64,000 bases of DNA from an uncultured Gammaproteobacteria bacterium (GTDB lineage: Bacteria; Patescibacteriota; Patescibacteriia; Magasanikbacterales; GWA2-37-8). A program made the translations under genes and the position numbers. Shown here piece after piece: positions 58,043 to 64,000 of this stretch (position 1 is the first letter of the stretch; every line of letters starts with the position of its first letter). Under the pieces are notes generated by a model. That model saw only the letters and a list, made by a program, of their open reading frames with translations, had not been told where the DNA came from and made no database searches. Location: assembly GCA_964496095.1 (NCBI GenBank), contig CAZBWU010000001.1, positions 48,617 to 112,616 on the forward strand, in the 5' to 3' direction.

Positions 58043-59101
58043 ATGCCCAAGGCAAAACTCATACTAAAAGACGGTTCGGTTTTTGAGGGGATTTCTTTTG
58101 GTTCAGAGGGGGCAACAAGCGGAGAAGTAGTATTTAATACTGGCATGGTTGGATATCCCGAAACAATGACTGACCCCTCATACAGGGGTCAGATTTTAGT
58201 TTTGACTTATCCATTGGTTGGTAATTACGGTGTGCTTGATGATAGTGCTGAAAATCTTTTCAAAAATTTTGAATCAGATAAAATCCAAATCCAAGGGTTA
58301 GTTGTTAGTCAGCAGTGTGAAGAATTTTCTCATTGGAGCGCTACGCAATCTCTATCTGCTTGGATGAAAAAAAATAATATTCCCGGAATAAGTGGGATTG
58401 ATACCAGAGCCTTAACTAAAAAACTTCGTTCTAGTGGGACGATGTTGGGTAAAATTGTTATCGACGGCCAAGCAGATATTGAGTTTGATGATCCAAACTT
58501 ACGAAACTTATCTGCCGAAGTAAGTGTGAAAGAACCTGTCAGGTACGGAAGTGGAGACAAGACGGTAATTGTTGTTGATTGTGGTGTTAAAAATAATATT
58601 ATTCGTTCGTTTGTCAGTCGTGGTATTTCAGTTTTGCGTGTGCCTTGGGATTATAATTTTTTGGAAACAAAAGCCGATGGGATTCTTATTTCCAATGGTC
58701 CCGGAGATCCCAAGATGTGCCAAGCGACCATTGCTAATGTCAAAAAAGCTCTGGCAGGCACAACTCCTATTTTGGGAATTTGTTTAGGTTCGCAGATTTT
58801 GGCGCTCGCAGCCGGAGCCAATACTTATAAATTAAAATATGGTCATCGCGGGCAGAACCAGCCATGTTTGGAAATGGGCACAAAAAAATGTTTTATCACT
58901 TCGCAAAATCATGGCTTTGCAGTTGATACCAAAACCTTGCCGCAAGATTGGCGTGAGTGGTTTACCAATGATAACGATGGCACTAATGAAGGCATTATTC
59001 ATATTTCCAAGCCATTTTTTGGGGCGCAGTTTCATCCCGAGGGCGCGCCGGGTCCGGATGATAGTGAGTTTATTTTTGATATGTTTATTAGGACGTTGTA
59101 A
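58043..59101 (+). CDS. carA: Carbamoyl-phosphate synthase small subunit
   Basis: GEVVFNTGMVGY, TDPSY, SNGPGDP, GICLG, SQNHG, QFHPE. Confidence 0.98.
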   Translation: MPKAKLILKDGSVFEGISFGSEGATSGEVVFNTGMVGYPETMTDPSYRGQILVLTYPLVGNYGVLDDSAENLFKNFESDKIQIQGLVVSQQCEEFSHWSATQSLSAWMKKNNIPGISGIDTRALTKKLRSSGTMLGKIVIDGQADIEFDDPNLRNLSAEVSVKEPVRYGSGDKTVIVVDCGVKNNIIRSFVSRGISVLRVPWDYNFLETKADGILISNGPGDPKMCQATIANVKKALAGTTPILGICLGSQILALAAGANTYKLKYGHRGQNQPCLEMGTKKCFITSQNHGFAVDTKTLPQDWREWFTNDNDGTNEGIIHISKPFFGAQFHPEGAPGPDDSEFIFDMFIRTL

Positions 59102-59113
59102 ATTGTTCGTAAC

Positions 59114-59297
59114 TGTCATTCTGAGTAAAGCGAAGAATCCCTGTCTGTACAATTGTCATTCCGACCGAAGTGGAGGAATCCCTTAAACAAGGTATTTGCA
59201 TGTACATAGTATAAGGGATCCCTCGACGGAGTTTATACCCTTTAGGGTGCTCGGGATGACAAACGGACAGAGATCCTTCATTTCATTCAGGATGACA
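59114..59297. repeat. Nested REP-like palindromic element (inner unit 59154-59261) between carA and carB
   Basis: Outer and inner units both bounded by TGTCATT...GATGACA. Confidence 0.85.
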
Positions 59298-59311
59298 ACA
59301 AGTGAATTTAT

Positions 59312-62300
59312 ATGATCAGAAACATCAAACCAAAAAAAGTATTGTTGCTCGGCTCGGGCGCTTTGCAAATTGGTCAAGCCGGTGAGTTTGATTATTCCGG
59401 CAGTCAGGCTATCAAAGCTCTCAAAGAAGATGGAATTTATACAGTTCTCATAAATCCAAATATTGCCACGATTCAAACCTCCGAACATTTGGCAGACAAA
59501 GTGTATTTTTTACCGCTCACGGTATATTTTGTCGAACAAATTATTGCCAAAGAAAATCCGGATGCGATTTTGCTTGGTTTTGGTGGGCAGACGGCGCTCA
59601 ACGTGGGTGTGCAGTTGCACGATTTGGGAATTTTAAAAAAATATAATATAGAAGTATTGGGTACACAGGTGGAGACAATCAAAGATACCGAAGACAGACA
59701 ATTGTTTGCCAATCGGGTCCATGAAGTCGGTCTCAAAACGGCTCGCAGTATTACGGCTGGTACGACCGAGGAAGCCTTGCAAGCGGGAAATAAAATCGGC
59801 TATCCGGTTATGTGTCGCGTGGCGTATGCGCTGGGAGGTCTGGGTTCGGGAGTAGTACAAAATGCCGAAGAGCTCAAAGAAAAAACTGATCGAGCCTTTG
59901 CTTTTACCAGCCAAGTGCTGATTGAAGAATGTTTGTATGGTTGGAAAGAAGTGGAATATGAAATCGTGCGCGACAAAAATGATAATTGTATTACTATTTG
60001 TTCCATGGAAAACTTTGACCCCATGGGTATTCATACGGGAGATAGTATTGTGGTCGCGCCAGTGCAAACACTTACCGCCAAAGAAAATTTTAATTTACGT
60101 GCTATTGGTATCAAGCTTATTCGGCATCTGGGAATAGTAGGTGAATGTAATATTCAATATGCCCTCGATCCGCAATCTGGTGATTATCGTATTATTGAAG
60201 TCAACGCTCGTCTTAGTCGTAGTTCGGCTTTGGCATCAAAAGCCACTGGCTATCCGCTCGCATTTGTCGCCACCAAATTGGCCTTGGGTTATGGTCTAAA
60301 TGAAGTGCAAAATATTATTACCAAAGAAACCTCGGCGTGTTTTGAGCCAGCGCTTGATTATATTACGCTCAAATTTCCTCGCTGGGACTTACAAAAATTT
60401 GAACATGTCAATAAAGTGTTGGGCACAGAGATGAAGTCTGTCGGTGAGGTAATGGCAATTGGTCGTAGTTTTGAAGAAGTTCTGCAAAAAGCAATTCGTA
60501 TGTTGGATATTGGGATGAAAGGGCTAGTGGGAAATAAAATTGAATTTGCTGATTTAGATAAAAGTATTTCCCAACCAACCGATAAAAGAATTTTTGCAAT
60601 TGTACAGGCAATGCAAGTGGGATATTCGGTAGACAGAGTTCATGATTTATCAAAAGTTGATCGCTGGTTTTTACATAAGTTAAAAAACATTATTGATCTT
60701 GAAATTGAGTTAAAAAAATTCACTTTAGAAAATTTATCAGTTGAAATTTTAAGAGAATCCAAGCAAGCCGGTTTTTCTGATTTACAAATTTCCAAAGCTA
60801 TTGGCACTAATCCGATAGAGGTAAGAAACAAGAGAAAATCTTTGGGAGTTGTGCCGGTAGTAAAACAAATTGATACCCTCGCCGCCGAATATCCTGCCAA
60901 AACAAATTATTTATATTTAACCTATAACGGCACAGAAAATGATGTGGTGCCGATAGATGAAAAAAAGGTGATAGTGCTCGGCAGTGGGCCGTACCGTATT
61001 GGATCATCAGTCGAGTTTGATTGGTGCTGTGTAAATTCACTCATGAGTTTGCAAAAAAATGGTTATAAGACAATTATGATAAATTGTAATCCTGAGACAG
61101 TCAGTACCGATTATGATGTGTCGGATCAATTATATTTTGAAGAGTTAAGTTTGGAAAAGATTTTGGATATTTATGAATTTCAAAAACCATTGGGAGTGGT
61201 CGTGTCTATGGGGGGCCAAGTGCCAAATAATTTAGCTTTGAAATTATATAATGAAGGCGTAAATATTTTGGGAACTTCGCCAACGCAGATTGATAATGCC
61301 GAGAGCAGGCAGAAATTCTCGCAAATTCTAGATGGTTTGGGAGTAGATCAGCCGGAGTGGAAAGAGTTAACCGATATGGCTTCGGCCAAAGAGTTTGCCG
61401 AGCGAGTTGGTTATCCGGTGCTTGTGCGTCCTAGCTATGTGCTTAGTGGGGCGGCGATGAGCGTGGTCTATAGTCCGGATGATTTGGAATTATTTTTACA
61501 AAAAGCGGTTGATATCAATCAAGAATATCCAGTAGTTATTAGTAAATTTATATCCAAAGCTAGAGAGATAGAACTCGATGCGGTGGCAAGTGGTGGCGAA
61601 TTATTTTGTTACGCTATCTCGGAACATTTAGAAAACGCGGGTGTACATTCGGGTGATGCCACTCTGGTTTTTCCAGCGCAAAAAACTTATTTAGAGACAT
61701 CTAGGCGCATCAAAAAAATTGCCAAAGAAGTAGCCAAGGCTTTGCAAATTACGGGGCCATTTAATATGCAACTGATTGCCAAAGATAATGATATTAAAGT
61801 CATTGAATGTAATCTGCGCGCGTCTCGCAGTTTTCCATTTGTTTCGAAAGTTTTGAAAATAAATTTTATAGATATTGCGACCAAGTTGATGATGGGTGAT
61901 GTGGTGCCAAAACTGGGTCATTCGGCTTTCGATTTGGATTATGTAGGTGTGAAGGTTTCGCAGTTTTCTTTTACCAGGTTAAAAGGTTCTGATCCGGTGA
62001 CAGGAGTAGAGATGGCATCTACTGGAGAAGTTGCATGCCTGGGCGATGATCTCAATGAAGCATTTTTGAAAAGTATAATTTCAGTTGGTTTTAGAATAGA
62101 ACCAAAATCAGTTTTATTGTCTATTGGATCTAATGATAAAAAAATCGCTTTCTTGGAAGAGGCTAGAGTCTTGCAGGAGATGGGAATAAAAATTTATGCT
62201 ACTCAAGGTACCGGTGTATTTTTGCAAGAAAATAAAATTGAGGCCGAAGTTTTGGAATGGACGGCGCAGGATGGTGTGCCTAGTGTGATGGCATATTTAT

Positions 62301-62506
62301 CAAGTAAAAAAATAGACTTAATGATAACTATTCCGAGTAATACAGAAAAAACTAGTTCCAGTAATGGCTATTTGGCCAGAAGAAAAGCGATTGACCAAAA
62401 TATTTCTTTGATTACAAACTTAGAGTTTGCTAGGCGGTATGTGAAGGCTATTTATAAGTATAAAATTAGTGATTTGAAGATTAAAAGTTGGGATGAGTAT
62501 TTATAG
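59312..62506 (+). CDS. carB: Carbamoyl-phosphate synthase large subunit
   Basis: IGQAGEFDYSGSQA, EVNARLSRSSALASKATGYP, NCNPETVSTDYD, RPSYVLSG, NLRASRSFPF. Confidence 0.99.
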   Translation: MIRNIKPKKVLLLGSGALQIGQAGEFDYSGSQAIKALKEDGIYTVLINPNIATIQTSEHLADKVYFLPLTVYFVEQIIAKENPDAILLGFGGQTALNVGVQLHDLGILKKYNIEVLGTQVETIKDTEDRQLFANRVHEVGLKTARSITAGTTEEALQAGNKIGYPVMCRVAYALGGLGSGVVQNAEELKEKTDRAFAFTSQVLIEECLYGWKEVEYEIVRDKNDNCITICSMENFDPMGIHTGDSIVVAPVQTLTAKENFNLRAIGIKLIRHLGIVGECNIQYALDPQSGDYRIIEVNARLSRSSALASKATGYPLAFVATKLALGYGLNEVQNIITKETSACFEPALDYITLKFPRWDLQKFEHVNKVLGTEMKSVGEVMAIGRSFEEVLQKAIRMLDIGMKGLVGNKIEFADLDKSISQPTDKRIFAIVQAMQVGYSVDRVHDLSKVDRWFLHKLKNIIDLEIELKKFTLENLSVEILRESKQAGFSDLQISKAIGTNPIEVRNKRKSLGVVPVVKQIDTLAAEYPAKTNYLYLTYNGTENDVVPIDEKKVIVLGSGPYRIGSSVEFDWCCVNSLMSLQKNGYKTIMINCNPETVSTDYDVSDQLYFEELSLEKILDIYEFQKPLGVVVSMGGQVPNNLALKLYNEGVNILGTSPTQIDNAESRQKFSQILDGLGVDQPEWKELTDMASAKEFAERVGYPVLVRPSYVLSGAAMSVVYSPDDLELFLQKAVDINQEYPVVISKFISKAREIELDAVASGGELFCYAISEHLENAGVHSGDATLVFPAQKTYLETSRRIKKIAKEVAKALQITGPFNMQLIAKDNDIKVIECNLRASRSFPFVSKVLKINFIDIATKLMMGDVVPKLGHSAFDLDYVGVKVSQFSFTRLKGSDPVTGVEMASTGEVACLGDDLNEAFLKSIISVGFRIEPKSVLLSIGSNDKKIAFLEEARVLQEMGIKIYATQGTGVFLQENKIEAEVLEWTAQDGVPSVMAYLSSKKIDLMITIPSNTEKTSSSNGYLARRKAIDQNISLITNLEFARRYVKAIYKYKISDLKIKSWDEYL

Positions 62507-62508
62507 AT

Positions 62509-62537
62509 TTGACAGGTTTTTATTTTTTCGGTAAAGT
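62509..62537 (+). promoter_or_regulatory. sigma70-type promoter of the Phe leader
   Basis: TTGACA-N17-TAAAGT. Confidence 0.75.
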
Positions 62538-62546
62538 AAAAATATT

Positions 62547-62624
62547 ATGAAAAATATGCAAGCACAATCCAGATTTTTCTTTAGCTTTTACCGCTCGGTG
62601 AAGGCTATGTTTGCATCTGTGTAG
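62547..62624 (+). CDS. Phe-rich leader peptide MKNMQAQSRFFFSFYRSVKAMFASV
   Basis: RFFFSF cluster resembling PheM/PheL; followed by attenuator hairpins. Confidence 0.75.
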   Translation: MKNMQAQSRFFFSFYRSVKAMFASV

Positions 62625-62681
62625 AATTGAACTAAAAAATGCATTTCAAACAAAAGCCTTCGCCAAAAGCGGAGGTTTTTT
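62597..62681 (+). terminator. Attenuator (antiterminator plus terminator)
   Basis: Antiterminator GGTGAAGGCT/AGCCTTCGCC; terminator AGCCTTCGC-CAAAA-GCGGAGGTT-TTTT. Confidence 0.8.
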
Positions 62682-62807
62682 GATTTTTGAAAATTAGAAA
62701 AAATTGTAAGGTTGTCGAGTGGTGTCCATGACACCTGGTCCCCAGGATATCGCGACGGTCGCGATGTTCGTGGATACCACTGGTAACTTTCTCGGTTGGG
62801 GGATCCC

Positions 62808-62987
62808 ATGTTTATTCGGAATCCAAGGCTTGATATTGAAGAGACGGCAGCTGTACAGGCCACTCAACAGGATGGCGTCGGCCTTCTGTTGCCAAATGTG
62901 GCAAAGCCGCCTCCGGTTGAGGAGAGTATGCCGTCCTCCGAGCCCGGGCGCTGGCACGGGGTCGATCCGTTCGAGCTGAAGAAGTAG
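62808..62987 (+). CDS. GC-rich 59-aa orphan ORF (could instead be part of a structured RNA)
   Basis: GGGGGA 4 nt before ATG; Pro-rich product. Confidence 0.4.
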   Translation: MFIRNPRLDIEETAAVQATQQDGVGLLLPNVAKPPPVEESMPSSEPGRWHGVDPFELKK

Positions 62988-63166
62988 CCTTCTGGGTTTG
63001 TTGCCCTGAGGCAAGAATAGTAGTTCTTAGTAGTTGTTCTTTTTTCCGCCAACTCCGGGCGGTATAAATATTCGGAGCAAGGAGTAGTCATGAAAATGAT
63101 TCGTGCGCCACACACGTCAAAGTGGCATCTCAATTTGTGTATAAGTTATTTTGTACACAAATAAGG

Positions 63167-63200
63167 CAAAAAACTGTTCGAACAATCGAACGGTTTTTTG
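63167..63200. terminator. Intrinsic terminator closing the GC-rich unit
   Basis: CAAAAAACTGTTCGA-ACAA-TCGAACGGTTTTTTG. Confidence 0.8.
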
Positions 63201-63254
63201 TTTCACTTATTTTTTGTATAAAAAATAATGATGTGATAATATGCTTGTTGCTAT

Positions 63255-64000
63255 ATGATTAATTTTCAATCAGAATTAAACCAAGAACAATTAGAACCAG
63301 TTTTGCACGGCGACGGGCCGTGTTTAGTTTTGGCTGGAGCTGGAAGCGGTAAGACAAGAGTTATTACCTATCGGGTGGCTTATTTGTTAGAGCAGGGAAT
63401 TAATCCGGAAAATATATTGTTAGTCACTTTTACCAACAAAGCTGCGGATGAAATGAAACGCAGAGTTGAGAAGTTGACGACACTGTCTGTCATTCCCGCT
63501 ACAGCGGGAATCCAGACAACCGTACACTGGATTCCCAATCAAGTTGGGAATGACAAAAGTGTAAAACTGCCTTGGGCAGGCACTTTTCATCATATCGCTT
63601 ATCGTATTTTACGAATTTATGCGCCGATTTTGGGCTACAAAAATAACTTTTCAGTACTAGATAGCGATGATAGTGAGACTATTTTGAAACTCTGTGCCAA
63701 GCCATTCAAATCAGATACTGGTCGGGTCAAGTTTCCTTCGGCGCGGGTTTTACAATCAATTATTAGTTTTGCGCGTAATTCAGAAACCACAATTGATAGC
63801 GTACTAGATCTCAAACATCCGCAATGGCAAATTTTTAGCGACAATATAAAAACGATTGCTCGTGAGTATGAACAAAAAAAGAAGGAAGCCAATGTGATGG
63901 ATTTTGATGATTTGTTGGTAAATTTTTTGTTGCTACTTAATCATGAACCAGCATTAAAAAAATATGCCGAGCAGTTCAAATATATTTTGGTAGACGAGTA
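63255..64000 (+). CDS. pcrA: UvrD/PcrA family helicase, 3' truncated by window edge (not in ORF track)
   Basis: LNQEQ, LVLAGAGSGKTRVIT, TFTNKAA.EM, GTFH, DFDDLL, YILVDE. Confidence 0.95.
   Translation, partial: MINFQSELNQEQLEPVLHGDGPCLVLAGAGSGKTRVITYRVAYLLEQGINPENILLVTFTNKAADEMKRRVEKLTTLSVIPATAGIQTTVHWIPNQVGNDKSVKLPWAGTFHHIAYRILRIYAPILGYKNNFSVLDSDDSETILKLCAKPFKSDTGRVKFPSARVLQSIISFARNSETTIDSVLDLKHPQWQIFSDNIKTIAREYEQKKKEANVMDFDDLLVNFLLLLNHEPALKKYAEQFKYILVDE
63488..63555. repeat. REP/dRS3-like palindrome inserted in-frame in the helicase gene
   Basis: TGTCATTCCCGCTACAGCGGGAATCCAG...CTGGATTCCCAATCAAGTTGGGAATGACA, translated as VIPATAGIQTTVHWIPNQVGND. Confidence 0.9.

Noticed and set aside
62588-63133. 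Minus-strand and alternative-frame ORFs (62588-62863, 62694-63014, 62719-62979, 62864-63133)
   Set aside because: Expected from stop-codon scarcity in GC-rich DNA; promoter and SD-like signals favour the + strand 62808 frame.
62711-63164. tRNA-Phe, tmRNA or RNase P RNA downstream of the Phe leader
   Set aside because: No cloverleaf or proper 7-nt GAA anticodon loop with T-arm; GAGGAGAGT only loosely resembles the RNase P GAGGAAAGTCC and the partner motifs are absent.

Overview
A 64 kb AT-rich, gene-dense bacterial chromosomal segment. Gene content and style suggest a Patescibacteria/CPR (Parcubacteria/ABY1-like) genome; this is an inference from starts mostly lacking Shine-Dalgarno sites, type-2 IleRS, short ProRS, tandem-domain ThyX, a MEMO-CapA fusion and many orphan membrane proteins. 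Housekeeping genes include the rpoC 3' end, yebC, ruvC, ruvA, trxB, rpe, rpiB, ileS, gatB, a dTTP cluster, rplA, proS, trpS, rlmH, tgt, pyrB, carAB and the 5' part of pcrA/uvrD, plus one tRNA-Asn(GTT). The most striking signal is regulatory. The tRNA-Asn gene lies directly downstream of a sigma70-type promoter, a near-leaderless Asn-rich micro-ORF (MKNLNNNLNNNNS) and mutually exclusive antiterminator/terminator hairpins. This looks like a classical ribosome-mediated attenuator controlling a tRNA gene. A second, Phe-rich attenuator (MKNMQAQSRFFFSFYR...) precedes a GC-rich structured segment rather than pheST. Other signals: nested REP/dRS3-like palindromes, one inserted in-frame in the helicase gene; two inverted copies of a ~430-520 bp structured element; a two-gene islet bounded by a synonymously diverged duplicate of an SPFH gene 3' end; an unannotated 40-aa very basic peptide gene; and a degenerate pyruvate kinase homolog. 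All calls are by eye, without database searches.
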